DNA of 64,000 bases from Octopus bimaculoides (lineage: Eukaryota), in the NCBI RefSeq assembly GCF_001194135.2, contig NC_069005.1, positions 21,603,475 through 21,667,474 of the forward strand, read 5' to 3'. The notes under the pieces are model-generated. The model did not search any database. It was not told the origin of the DNA and saw only the letters and a list, made by a program, of their open reading frames with translations. Shown piece by piece: positions 39,283-52,919 of this stretch; positions within the stretch are counted from its first letter, which is position 1; each line of letters opens with the position of its first letter. The translations under genes were made by a program, and so were the position numbers.

Positions 39283-40179
39283 NNNNNNNNNNTATATATA
39301 AAAGAGGTGAGGACTGAAATCCTTCAAAGGGATGTCAGACATCCAAGTCTGCCGGTACAGTCCAAGTAAAGAGTATATATAAAAATATATATTCAGTATT
39401 TGTAAGAACAGTAAATGATGTATAAGGAAAGGAAAAATTGTAAGTGTAGACGAACGTTAATTCAATTCATTATCTTTTATTTGTTTCAATCATTTGACTG
39501 CGGTCATGCTGGAGCACCACCTTTAGTCAAACAAATCAACCTTAGGACTTATTCTTTGTAAGCCTAGTACTTATTCTATCAGTCTCTTTTGCTGAACTGC
39601 TAAGTTACAGTGATGTAAACACACCATCAGTTGTCAAACGATAGTGGAAGGACAATCACAGACACAAATACATACATACATACATATATACACACACACA
39701 TATACATACATGTTTACGACAAGCTTTTTCCAGTTTCCCGTCTACCAAATCCACTCACAAGGCTTTGGTCGGCCTGAAGCTTAGTAGAAGACACTTGCCC
39801 AAGATGCCACGCAGTGGGACTGAACCCAGAACCATGTGGTTGGGAAGCAAGCACACACTGGCACTCCATCAGTTAAGATAAGGAAGGTTCTGATTGATCC
39901 AAACAATAAAACAATCTACTTGTGAAATTGATGTGCGAGTGGCTGAGGACTCCACAGACATATGTACCCTTAATTTAGTTCTCAGGGTGATTCAACATGA
40001 CACAGAATGTGACAAGTCTGGCCCTTTGAAATACAGGCACAACTTGTTTTTGCCAGCTGAGAGGAGTGGAGCAATGTGAAATAAAGTGTCTTGCTCAAGG
40101 ACACAATGCACTGCCAGAAATAGAATTCATGACCTTACAGTTGTGAGCTGAAAATCCTAACCACTCAGCCACGTGCCTT

Positions 40180-40212
<33 letters not shown>

Positions 40213-41925
40213 ATAGAAACAGGTGAGAGTTGGTGACAGGAAGAGCACCTGGTCATAGAAAAATATGGTCAACAAAGTTATTGCCTGACCCATGCAAATA
40301 TGAAAAAGTGGACATCAAATGATGAGGATAATGATATTTAGAAGTTTGAGAATTTACCAAAATACCAGAAGTTATTTCATTTAATGATGGCAAAGTTGTG
40401 TTCTAACCATTTTAAAACTGATTAGGAAAAGCATAATATTTGTTCTCAATACCAGTTTGTTCATGAGATAAAATATTCTTTTATCTTTTACTTTTTTCGG
40501 TTATTGGACTGTGGCCACGCTGGGGTAATGTCTTGAAGGGTTTAGGTGAACAAATCAATCATAGTACTTATTTTTAAGTCTGGTGCTTATTCTAGTGATT
40601 TCTATTGTCGAACTGCTAAGTCACAGGGACATAAACAAACCAACACCAGTTGTCAAATGGTAGTAAGGGGGAACACAACATAAGCACAATGATACACATA
40701 CCACACAGAGTTTCTGTCTCCCAAATCCACTTACAAGGCATTGATCTACCCTGGGCTGTAGTAGAAGACATTTTCGACAGGTGCCGTACAGTTAAACTGA
40801 ACCCAAGATCACATGTTTGGGAAGTAAGCTTAACCACACAGCTACTGTGTATGGTTTTTATATACCTTGAGCCTACTGTTCATGAAGCTGGGACTCTGCT
40901 AGATTTTCAAGGCATTTAAACTGAGAGCACACAACTTCTTACCTCTGTATAATATGTCAGTCCATCACAGGGTTAACCCCCAGGAGCCAATGTGACTGAT
41001 TTTTATCTGAGTGTACTGGAGCAATAGGAAATGAAGTGCCTTGCTTAAAAGTACTGTGTTGTCTGGTTCAAGAATTGAACTTGTGGACCCCTAACAATCA
41101 TGAGCCCAACATCTTTACTTCTACCAGGCATTCCCCTACTGCTGAGTAAGCATTTAGTATATACTTTTTTTTTGTTATAAAAAGCAGAAAATTACAAATA
41201 CAAGCCAATATTTTCTATATTTGTGATCTGGAAATCAATGTCAGTAACATCAAAAGAGCTCTCCCCATCACAGAAAAACAAAATGAAGAAAAGAGAAAAT
41301 GTATTTAGCTGAGGAATAATATAGTTGTGTGACATCAAAGAAATCCGGTTAAGCAAGGACTATAAATTGAACTGAAGACCTCATTATTAATGGTTTCTCT
41401 CTCTTATCCACCTCATTCTATTTTTGGCACTGAAAGCCAGTAGTACTTCACAAATGGAAATAGATGTTATAATTATGTTGAGAATAAAGCTACAGTTTAT
41501 CAAAAACCTACTTCAGTGATTATAAAAGACATGTGAATTGGGTATGTCTTCGTGGAATATACATAAAATGTATCTCACAAAGAATTTGTAGTGCCGTAGC
41601 TGTTACCGAGATCTGGGTTACTTGATTGTCTGCTAGAAGAGATGATTTCTATTGATTACAAAACCAGCAAGATTCTAACAATTATTGGAAATTTTTGCAT
41701 TTTCATCATAGACATCTGCAGCATTGATGAACAGAAGAACTTTGGTTGGAAATTATAAAAATAAAATTACCACTACATTTTTTACCATAGCTCTTATAGC
41801 CATGTTATGACTACAGATATGATAATCATGTTATGACAATAGACATCATGACAATGACAGTAGGTAGATATGATAACCATATTATGACAATAGATATATC
41901 CGTATATCATATCTGTGTTATGACA

Positions 41926-41963
<38 letters not shown>

Positions 41964-43566
41964 TAATAATTTAGGAAAAACATAATATTTGTTCTCAATA
42001 CCAGTTTGTTCATGAGATAAAATATATATATTTTAATGTTATGAAAATAGGTAACACTGTTATGACAAATATAACAATGTTATGACAGTAGATATAACCA
42101 TTTTATCACAGTAGTTGTAACAACAGTGTTGTGACAATAGCTATCAATTATAAGTAGCTGGTATGAAAAATATGACTCAAATTTTCCCAAGCTATGGCAC
42201 ATTGGCAAGAAGCTTATATAATGTTCCACTAGAATGGAATTCTTTCATGGAACTTTACAAAATACTGAAGCACTTGAGTGCATCATTTACAAGTAGAAAT
42301 TGCTTGTTATTGCAGATACATCATGTAATTATTGTTGTCATCATAGACAATAAAAGAAAAATAAATGGTCAATTCTGCCCTGCTCATATGAATGTAACAT
42401 CCAGTGTTACTTCAAGAGAATAACTTAAAGCAGGCATATCATGATTATATATTTACTTTATAACCCCACTGTGCAATGATGATTAATTCATTTAGGGGCA
42501 GGCTTGGTTGGGTGGTCAAGAAGTTTGCTTTCAAACCACATGGTTTTGTGTTCAGTTCTGCTGCATTGGCAAGTAACTTCTATTATAGCCTCAGGTCAAC
42601 CAGCCCAGGCCTTGTGAATAGATTAGGTTGACAGAAACCCAAACAAGGACATTGTGTATGTATGTACTCCACCATCCCCTACACGTATTCTTATACACTC
42701 ATACACATATGTGTATTCATGTCATCTTAATATTCACACAATAGTTGTAAACAAGCCCCACCATTGCAGAAGTGGTGTCATTTGTTTCTAGTCTTCCATG
42801 AAAATATGTCCATGGCTGTATAGTAAGAAGCTTGTTTCCCAACCACATGGTTCTGGTACAATAGCCTCAGCCAAGCAAAGCCTTGTGAGCAGATTTGGTA
42901 GATGGAAACTGAAAGAAACTTGCTGTATATTATATATGTATATCATCATCATCATCGTTTAACGTCCGCTTTCCGTGCTGGCATGGGTTGGATGGTTTGA
43001 CTGAGGACTGGCGAACCAGATGGCTGCACCAGGCTCCAATCTGATCTGGCAGAGTTTCTACTGCTGGATGCCCTTCCTAATGCCAACCACTCTGAGAGTG
43101 TAGTGGGTGCTTTTATGTGCCACCTGCACGAAGGCCAGTCAGACAGTACTGACAATGGCCACGCTCAAATGGTGTTTTTTACGTGCCACCTGCACAGGAG
43201 TCAGTCCAGCGGTACTCTGTGTGTATGCTTTTGTGTCTGTGTTTTCCCCCTGCCACTGCTTGACAACTGGTGTTGGTGTGTTTACGTCCCCATAACTTAG
43301 CAGTTTGGCAAAAGTGACTGATAGAATAAGTACTAAGCTTAAAAGATAAGCCCTGGGGTCAATTTGTTTAACTAAAACCCTTCAAGTAAGTGCCTCAACA
43401 TGGCTGCAGTCAAATGACTGAAACAAGTAAAAGAGTAAAAAATATGAAGAAATATTACCTTATTTGGAATAGGTGAGGTGTGGTGACAAGGAGAGCATCA
43501 GGCCATAGAAAATCTGCCTCAACGAGTTATTGGTGCTTATTTTATTGAGCTTTCTATGGTGATTAA

Positions 43567-43789
43567 CCCATTAAGTCCAGAGTACTTAAATTTCTGAATA
43601 TTACTTTAAAATTTTTACAGATGATTGGAAATAGGTTATAATGAAAAAAACTAATTATCAAAACTCCTTTACTTCAAGTAGAAATGGAAATACTTGGTGT
43701 CCTATAAATAGGACACTGGGACAATGATATATAGCTTATTTAATGTTCTCATTTAGTTTCCTATTTATAAGACAGTGAGACTTAATGGG
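43567..43789. mobile_element. piggyBac-type MITE
   Basis: TTAA on both sides, perfect 11-bp TIR cccattaagtc, internal palindrome gtgtcctat-aa-ataggacac. Confidence 0.8.
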
Positions 43790-44631
43790 TTAAAATGTTA
43801 GGTTTGGTAGTTTTGCCACCAAGACCAGAGAATGGTAGAAAGGAATACATCCAAGCTGTAACAGTAATTTGGCTGTCCTGCCTGCATCTCTCCATTATTC
43901 CACTTGTATGCTGGAATATCGTATTCTTTTGTCTGGGTGTGGCAATCTTATGTTTGAACGTTGCATTGAATTAAGTATAATCTAATAAAGCCACAATAAA
44001 AGAAATTTTATTAACTATACAGAAAAATGTTAATTACATTTTCTTGTGAAAATTTGATAACAAAATAAGGAAGAGAGACAGGAGTCTTAGTTCGTCGGAG
44101 AAGGATGTGAAGAAAATGCCTTGAGCACTTGGTGGCAACTAGAGAAAAGTAAAATTGAAAAAGAAGCCTTGGATGACAGAGAGAGAGAACAGATACTGGA
44201 TGGTCTTACTAGCTAGTTTTGTAAAGATTGACCCAATTGTTGTGCTAAGTTGTGTTTGAAACAAGAGTGGGTGGAGTCCCATGATTGCTAGCGTCTGTAG
44301 ACATAGCGCCATAGAGAGGAGAGAAAGATAAAATGTAAACAGTTTTCTCATGTATTTTTTTAAAGAATTAAAAAAACATAACTACACATTTAATGGGAAA
44401 AATATTTTTCTACGTATAAGTTCAGGCTTCTTTCTGAAGGCAGCACTTAAGGAAAACCCTAACCACACTTCCCAAAGGCCATAAAGGGTTTTATGGTCAC
44501 AGCTTTCCCACTTGTGGTTTTGATTCAAGGTTTCTAGTTTTTTTTAAAGGGAAGTGAAAAGGGATTTTTTTCGTTTTTGCTTTTCTGATATAGTAAAACT
44601 TTTATCCCTTATTACTTGTGATATTACAAAA

Positions 44632-44674
<43 letters not shown>

Positions 44675-45713
44675 AAGTTTCTTGGATATATTCATTGGGT
44701 GCCATAGATACTGTCTCCATAACTACAGTCAATCAGGATCCTATTTATTTAATCAATAATTGATCAAATTGTTTTCTTATTAGTATTAATTTTTTTTTGC
44801 ACTACATTGATTAATGGACTAACCGATTGAGTCAGTTGAAGTCTAGTTAACAAATGTGGAATTCTATTGATGGAATAAAGCTGATTCCTATTTAGTAAAG
44901 GGGTTGATGATGGGGGAAATAATTAAACGTCTTTCTTTTGCTTGTTTTTTTTTTACCCTTTTTATATATTTTTTTCGTTAGAACAGGAAAGCAGCTGGTT
45001 TCATTGATTTCTTTCAGATATGTGTTAATGGAAACAATGGCTGGGTGTTAAACCAGAAACTGTTAAGCCATGGCTGAATTACTCAATGTTCAGACCAATA
45101 ATAAATTGTAAAACCAAGCCAAGATTATAAAGTCCAACCATGCCAAACCAGATCAGGCTTGACCAGTTTACATTTAGATTTTAGATTTCATTTTCTTCTC
45201 ACACTTTATCTATTGTAATAGAAGTCAATTCTGCCTCTTTCTGTCTCGCTTTTAATAATAAAACAAATATATCTAATGCATGCATCAGTGATACAGTGGT
45301 ACATATTATATATGTGTGTATGTGTTTGTTTGGTGGTTGTTAGTTTAAATTGTGGGCCAGACGTAACTAGCTAAGAGCACATGACTCTTGTTTGCCTTTG
45401 TTTTGACAATCTGTATGTTACGACTTATTTCAAGCTTTTTAGAAAATAAAGATAATCCTGTAAAAAACAGTTGTTCTAAATCAGATATTTATCTCATCCA
45501 CAATAAAACATACAAATTTATATAAAGCAGGAAAGAAAAAAAAAAGACAAACTAAAAAACAAGCCAGAATAAAAAATAATTTAAAAGCACAGAAAAAAAC
45601 CTTGCCTTCCAATACCAAAGCATGTGATATCTTGAATCCAAAAATCTGTGCTTGTTCATGTTAGAAGTGTTTGCAGTCTCATGATCAAAGATGTTTCAGC
45701 CACAACCATTTAT

Positions 45714-45880
45714 CAGTGGTTTTCAAACTTTTTAATATCCAGACTAGATCCTGGATTTTTTTTAGGGGGCTGCACCAAAAAGGAAAATTTATGTTTGTAG
45801 AGGGAAGACTGTTGGTGGGGCTACCAGAAGATTGCTTGAGGGCTGCATGCAACCCTGGGATCTGTAGTTGAGAATCACTG
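45714..45880. mobile_element. Degenerate hAT-type MITE
   Basis: TIRs cagtggttttcaa / cagtgattctcaa; TSD not preserved. Confidence 0.5.
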
Positions 45881-46308
45881 AACTAAATAGACTTAGCTAT
45901 CCTCTCTTTATTTATGATGGTAGAGTGTGATCTGTAGGAGATTTGGCTGCTATTTCTTGCAGCTGGAGCAACTTTGGAGTGGTACCTTCTTTCAGTTGAA
46001 GTATTTAGTTTGTGCCTTGTATGGAGAAGCTGAAGTCCTGGTTGAAGAGAGTTCAATTCTCAGCTTTACATCACAAAATCTACATGAATCTCATTCTCTG
46101 CATAAATCTTCAACTTCCATATCTGGAAGCTGTATGAGGAAGATTCAATACTTTTAGATGAAATGATGCAGAATGAAGGGACATGGGGGGTGGGGGGAAA
46201 GAGTTATAAAAGTTTCCTACAACAATGTTCGTTAGCATAAATTAGTAATTGACTCAACACCTGTAAGAGTCTCATTTCATTGAGCCTGTATTTCTTTTTC
46301 TTTTGCAG

Positions 46309-46391
46309 CTATACAGAATCCTAAACCTGGACCCAAGGACCAAATGTACAAGAGCTTTAATTTTGATTATTCATATTGGTCCCACACTGAT
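46309..46391 (+). CDS. unc-104: unc-104 coding exon 2: (T)IQNPKPGPKDQMYKSFNFDYSYWSHTD
   Basis: Acceptor tttctttttcttttgcag, donor gtaagt at 46392; 83 nt, phase 1 to 0; KSFxFDYSYWSH motif of kinesin-3. Absent from the ORF track. Confidence 0.95.
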
Positions 46392-46738
46392 GTAAGTTGA
46401 CAAATATTACCTCTGTGTTCTTTTTTTTTGTTTGTTTTTTAATGCAGAATTTTTTGAAAATATTGAGTCCCGAGAGGAACATAAAAATAAAATGTTATCT
46501 TTTATTTGTTTCAGTAATTGTACAGTGACGATGCAGGGGCATCACCTTGAGGGATTTAGTCAAACAAATTTACCCTCTGTGCTTATCTTATTCTTTCCCC
46601 CTAAAGTCTGGTACTTTATTCTATTGGTCCCTTTTGCCAAATCACTCAAAAACAGGGATGTTAATAAACCAACACTGGTTCTCAAATGGTGTGGAGAGAA
46701 AAACAGACGCACACACAGAGGCATATAATATGTATACT

Positions 46739-46784
<46 letters not shown>

Positions 46785-46847
46785 GGGCTTCCACACAGTT
46801 TCCATCTACCAAATTCACTCACAAGTCATTGGTTGACCCGGAACTAT

Positions 46848-47167
46848 AATAACCCAAATACCTGGGAGACACTTGCCAAAGACCTCCCAAAGTGGCACCA
46901 TGTCATTGTCGAAGGAATTGACCATATGGAATATAACAGACATCAAGAGGCAGAGATCATATGTCAAAGATGCGAAGAGCAACTTACATTTCCTCATCCC
47001 CCGCCAACCCTCCACTATGATAATTGCCCCCCCTCCCCAGCTCTTTTATACCGCCCTTGGCCTGAAGAGCCACTTCAGACACTGGCACACTTTCCACCTA
47101 TCAAGATGAAGAGGCTTAACCACTCACTACTGATTAACTACACAAATACGAGCTGAAACACGATGAC
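46848..47167 (+). mobile_element. 5'-truncated RTE-clade LINE 3' end, frameshifted, inserted in a family C SINE
   Basis: Translates TWETLAKDLPKWHHVIVEGIDHMEYNRHQEAE...PPPTLHYDNC then, in another frame, LFYTALGLKSHFRHWH; resembles the RTE ORF C-terminus (WE.LA.DR..WR...C..C...GL.SH.R.H). Confidence 0.75.
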
Positions 47168-48349
47168 AGAAGACGATACTTGCCCAAGACGCCGTACAGT
47201 AGGACTGAACCCAAAGCCACATGGTTGAAAAGCAAGCTTCTTAATCACACAGAGTTGTGTGGAATAATTAAACAAAAAACATTATTATCTTAAGTGGGAA
47301 AGGACAGTATTTGTTATCCTTTCAAATCCTCTGTTGTTGGTAGGAGTTGCTGTTTCCAGGAGGAGACAAGTTCCAAATGGTTACAATAGAGTGGGCTCTT
47401 CTAAAGACACTCAAGGGCCAGGTGATAATATTAACACCACCCCAAATTAACACCATTCAAAATGAACATCACCCAAACTTAATACCAATCTTTGTATTTC
47501 TATTTTGATTAGTCTATTTGTTTTTTGTTGTTTTTTTGTCATCTTCTGTTAAAATATTTCCTACTAGATGTCTTAAAACCTTAGTTAAAGCATATTGTCT
47601 ATAGTTCTTTAGTACCATATTTCTGTTGGAATACACTGCTTTTGTTCCAGTTTATTTTGAAAATATTAAAGAATTCAATAAAAATAACTGTCATTATATC
47701 AGGCTGGTGTTCGAACATAAATCAACGTGGAATTTAGATCGAAGGTTTTAATCTAAACCATTTTAAAACCAGAAGATCTGTATCATTGGAACAGGGGTGT
47801 CTTCAGATGGGTTAATATCAAAAAGATTAAATTGTTTAACCATTCTGACCAAGAACATATAGGAACACTATTTTCAGATTGAGTGGCGTTAACCTCAGGG
47901 GTTTTAATTTTGAATGTTGGGTTCCAGTACTGGAATCTTCTGTGCCACACCTTTGTATAATTTTGCATTAGAATTAAAGTGGCACTAACATTGGGAGAAT
48001 ATAGATCAGCAGGAAAGGGATTAGAATCGGCCTCTGATGGTGTAACGCTATTATATTGAATTATAAGAGTGTGAATCCTAATATCAGAGATGCTGGTTGG
48101 TCCATGCTGCAAAGCATCCATTATCAAGGACTGACAACCAATTGCTATTGACTCCATGAGGCTATGGAAAAATGGGGATTGATTATGACATGAGAGCATG
48201 GGTTGCTGTCTAACGGAGCAGTGTAGATTGCTGTGTGGTTGTGAGACAGCAGAATACTTTGTTACCAAACCGTGACATGCAATATTAATTTATGTCTAAT
48301 AGGGTAGCATATGTAGCAGGGTTTGCAATGTCAATCAGAGAGCAATGTG

Positions 48350-49043
48350 GATTGCTGTTTGACAGAGGCCTGCAGATTGCTGTTTGACAGAGCTCTGCAG
48401 ATTGCTGTTTGACAGAGCCCTGCAGATTGCTGTTTGACAGAGCCCTGCAGATTGCTGTTTGACAGAGCCCTGCAGATTGCTGTTTGACAGAGCCCTGCAG
48501 ATTGCTGTTTGACAGAGCCCTGNNNNNNNNNNNNNNNNNNNNNNNNNNNNNNNNNNNNNNNNNNNNNNNNNNNNNNNNNNNNNNNNNNNNNNNNNNNNNN
48601 NNNNNNNNNNNNNNNNNNNNNNNNNNNNNNNNNNNNNNNNNNNNNNNNNNNNNNNNNNNNNNNNNNNNNNNNNNNNNNNNNNNNNNNNNNNNNNNNNNNN
48701 NNNNNNNNNNNNNNNNNNNNNNNNNNNNNNNNNNNNNNNNNNNNNNNNNNNNNNNNNGATTGCTGTTTGACAGAGCCCTGCAGATTGCTGTTTGACAGAG
48801 CCCTGCAGATTGCTGTTTGACAGAGCCCTGCAGATTGCTGTTTGACAGAGCCCTGCAGATTGCTGTTTGACAGAGGCCTGCAGATTGCTGTTTGACAGAG
48901 GCCTGCAGATTGCTGTTTGACAGAGCCCTGCAGATTATTTGACAGAGCCCTGCAGATTGCTGTTTGATAGAGCCTTACAGATTGCTGTTTGACAATTAGT
49001 GTAGATTTCTGTTAGACAGGACAATAGGTTGCTGTTTGACAGG
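48350..49043 (+). repeat. 25-bp minisatellite (gattgctgtttgacagagccctgca)n spanning an N-gap
   Basis: Near-identical units on both sides of gap 48523-48757, degenerating at the edges. Confidence 0.95.
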
Positions 49044-50394
49044 TCAGTGTGTTGAGCTGTCTGTGTCCACAGCCTAGATTGCTATATAATGGGGCAACAT
49101 AATTCATTGTCGGACAGTGACACATGACCTCATAGATAGGTGTCTGTACTGTTGTGTGACTTGTCTGTCTCTACAGCATGGATCATTGTCAAGCATGGTG
49201 ACATACATTGTATTTTAACTGTCACATGGTAGTGTTTCACTAAATGGCTGCCTGGCTAGCAATATCCTATACCTGTCTCTGATATTGTATTATCTATAGA
49301 TTCCTAACCTAAGTGTCACTTAGTATAAATACCAAACAAAGAGGAAATGTAATGTCACAAAAGTATCAAGGGGGCTCATACTGTTTCTAAAGATATATAT
49401 ANNNNNNNNNNNNNNNNNNNNNNNNNNNNNNNNNNNNNNNNNNNNNNNNNNNNNNNNNNNNNNNNNNNNNNNNNNNNNNNNNNNNNNNNNNNNNNNNNNN
49501 NNNNNNNNNNNNNNNNNNNNNNNNNNNNNNNNNNNNNNNNNNNNNNNNNNNNNNNNNNNNNNNNNNNNNNNNNNNNNNNNNNNNNNNNNNNNNNNNNNNN
49601 NNNNNNNNNNNNNNNNNNNNNNNNNNNNNNNNNNNNNNNNNNNNNNNNNNNNNNNNNNNNNNNNNNNNNNNNNNNNNNNNNNNNNNNNNNNNNNNNNNNN
49701 NNNNNNNNNNNNNNNNNNNNNNNNNNNNNNNNNNNNNNNNNNNNNNNNNNNNNNNNNNNNNNNNNNNNNNNNNNNNNNNNNNNNNNNATATATATATAAT
49801 CACAACCATCTCTGTGTTGTTTCTCTGTATACAGGTGGTGGAGTACTGTGCTACATCTGTTAAAAACTATAAAAGCTAGATTAGATTATAGGCGATTAAT
49901 CTGCTATAATTTGACCTGATTTAGATGTAACCACCCACCTTTAACCATGCTATTTTATTTTTACCCTCCCTGTCTCACTCCCCTTTTTATTCTTTCCTCT
50001 CTCTCTTTCTCTGTCTCTATTCTTTCATCCTCCACCTTCCTTATTCTCCTCACTCTCCCTCTTTCTGTTATCGCCCCTCCCTCTGTCTCGCTTTCATTCT
50101 TCCTCTATATCTCCCCCCCCCCTATCTTATTGTCTTCAGTATATCTGAATCAATAGATAAGTACTGAACAGAATAAAATTAGATTAATATATATTTAATA
50201 TATGTAATATTAATTATAGGTGCAGGCATGTTGTATGCTTAAGAAGTTTACTTCTCAACCATGTGGTCTGGCGTTGAATCCCGATGTAAGAAAGCTAGAG
50301 TTAAGATTCTTCTGCTATAGCCTTGGGCCAACCGATACCTTGTGGGTAAAATTTGATAAACACACACATACATGCATACATATATACATATATG

Positions 50395-50754
50395 TGGCCC
50401 AGTGGACTCGCAGTAGTAGGATCGCGGTTTCGATTCCCAGACCGGGCGTTGTGAGTGTTTATTGAGCGAAAACACCTAAAGCGCCACAAGGCTCCGGTAG
50501 GGGATGGTGGAGAACCCTGCTGTACTCTTTCACCACAACTTTCTCTCACTCTTACTTCCTGTTTCTGCTGTACCTGTATTTCAAAGGGCCAGCCTTGTCA
50601 CACTCTGTGTCACGCTGAATCTCCCCGAGAACTACGTTAAGGGTACATGTGTCTGTGGAGTGCTCAGCCACTTGCACGTTAATTTCACGAGCAGGCTGTT
50701 CCATTGATCGGATCAACTGGAACCTTCGTCGTCGTAACCGACGGAGTGCCAACC
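50395..50754 (+). mobile_element. SINE family A copy lying between family C copies; diverged copies at ~55603-55917 (+) and ~39858-40165 (-)
   Basis: Same head, body and ...acggagtgccaac tail. Confidence 0.8.
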
Positions 50755-52595
50755 ATATAATACATATATATAGGCGCAGGAGTGGCTATGTGGTAAGTAG
50801 CTTGCTTACCAACCACATGGTTCTGGGTTCAGGCCCACTGCATGGCACCTTGGGCAAGTGGCTTCTACTATAGCTTTGGGCTGACCAAAGCCTTGTGAGT
50901 GGATTTGGTGGACGGAAACTGAAACAAGCCAGTCGTACATGTATATATATACATGTTTGTGTATCAGTGTTTGTCAGTGTTTGTCCAAGAGTTCCAGCAA
51001 AACTGGGGTTAAAAGAACGATAATGATAATAATAATAAGAATTCAAGACCATCATACTCATCGTCATCATGATCAAATATTATTTCTGCCATTTTGTCAT
51101 CTTTAGGTTTGCTATTTTCTCTTATTATCCGCCTTCTTTTTCTTCTCTTGACTTATTCAGTCACCCCTTCTCTTGTTTACTAATTAACTTTCTCATTCTG
51201 TGTGTCTAAGAAGCCTGTCCCTTTCTTGCGTTCCCCAAAACATAGCGTCTCTTTTTGCGTTCACCTTTTCCTTTCCTCTACCTCTTCTCGAGCTCTCTGC
51301 TCCTCCTCATCCCTTGTTTTTTGAAGACAGTCTCTAGTCCCCTTGGTGCCATAGTATATAAAAGCAGTCTTTAGTCCTTTAAGTATCACTATAGCAGTCT
51401 TTAGTCCTTAAGTCTTTAGTCCTTAAGCAATGTATAGTACTATATATTATGTGGTAACCAAGGTTACCACATAATGTGAAAGCAGTTATCATATGTAGTT
51501 AAGAAGCTTACTTTGCAGCCTGTGGCTCTGGGTTCAGTCCCACTGCACGGAATCTTGTGCAAGTGTCTCCTACTAGAGCTCTGGACTGACCAATGCTTTG
51601 TGAGTGAATTTGATAGATGGAAACTCTATAGAAGCCCATCATATATAAGTGTGTATGTTTTTCTGTTTGTTCTCCCTACTGTTTGACAACTGGTGTCAGT
51701 TTGTTTACATCCCTGTAACTTAGCAGTTCAGCAAAAGAAACTGGCAGAATAAGTAACAGACTTTAAAAAAATAAGTACTGGGGTTGATTTGATCAAGTAA
51801 GCTCTTCAGGGCGGTGCCTCAGCATGGTTGCAATTCAGTGACTGAAACAAGTAAAAGATGAAAGCTGTATTACAGTCCTTGATTGCTGTCTTTAACTAAA
51901 TGAAGGCAAATCTTCAGTGATGCTCCACTGGATGCCATGAATTATGGTACACCTTACATATATGAGGGTGTATGGCCTAGTGGTTAAGGTGTTGCACACA
52001 TGATCGTAAGATCATAGTTTCAATTCTGAGACCAGGTGGTGTTGTGTTCTTGAGCAAAACACTTCATCGCGTGTTGCTCTGTGATCACTTTGACATCTGA
52101 TGCATGGTACACCGTTTTAGGCAACGCCGATTTGATGGAGAGAGTCAGTTAATGTATAGCACAGGCATTCGATCACTATAAACAAATCATCTTTGCAGGT
52201 TGTTTGGCAAAAGCTGAACACTCCTACGTCATCATCACACACACACAAACACACGCACATGTGCTTAGAGCGATATATTTCTGGGAAAATACTGCGGTAA
52301 CCCTCTGTTATGTTCCAGGTTTCAGCTAACCGCATTGATTAGTATTCAGAGTCTATGACTACTCGAACTTGTCATTCACATTGAGTTTGCTTTGATCCAA
52401 GCTGGTTGAAAGATCCTGCATGAAGCTGCACAGATAATTATATCCAGTTGTATATGCAACTGCCCATACTCTGTGCAGTGGAAACATGTGTAGGTCATTA
52501 TAACCATAAAAATATGCTGTTTGACAATGTCAAATAAAAGGAAATATATTTTGAGGATGTACCTCTCTCCATATTCTCTGTCATTATAATTATTG

Positions 52596-52637
<42 letters not shown>

Positions 52638-52702
52638 AATGTTGAATGATGAAAATGAGTGTTCAATGCTGCATTGGTGGATATAATTTCTTTATTTGTG
52701 AA

Positions 52703-52854
52703 TTAAGGCTACCATTGGTTTCATGTTAAGAAAAGTAGGAAAATATTCAAGTGTCTTAGCAATTTTCCAGCCTCCATGTTATCGGATTGAAAAATTGTTA
52801 AGGCACTAGGATGTTTTCCTACTTTTCTTAGCATGAAATCAATGGTAGCCTTAA
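52703..52854. mobile_element. 152-bp MITE with 41-bp inverted arms, 65 nt upstream of unc-104 exon 3
   Basis: Arms 52703-52743 and 52814-52854 (2 mismatches); solo arm copies at 26465-26492 and 53322-53348. Confidence 0.8.
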
Positions 52855-52865
52855 TTCACGCACAC

Positions 52866-52897
<32 letters not shown>

Positions 52898-52919
52898 CTT
52901 TAATTTTTCTTTCTTTCAG

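Noticed and set aside
48350-49043. 25-bp repeat array as possible CRISPR
   Set aside because: Units are directly adjacent with no spacers; eukaryotic context.
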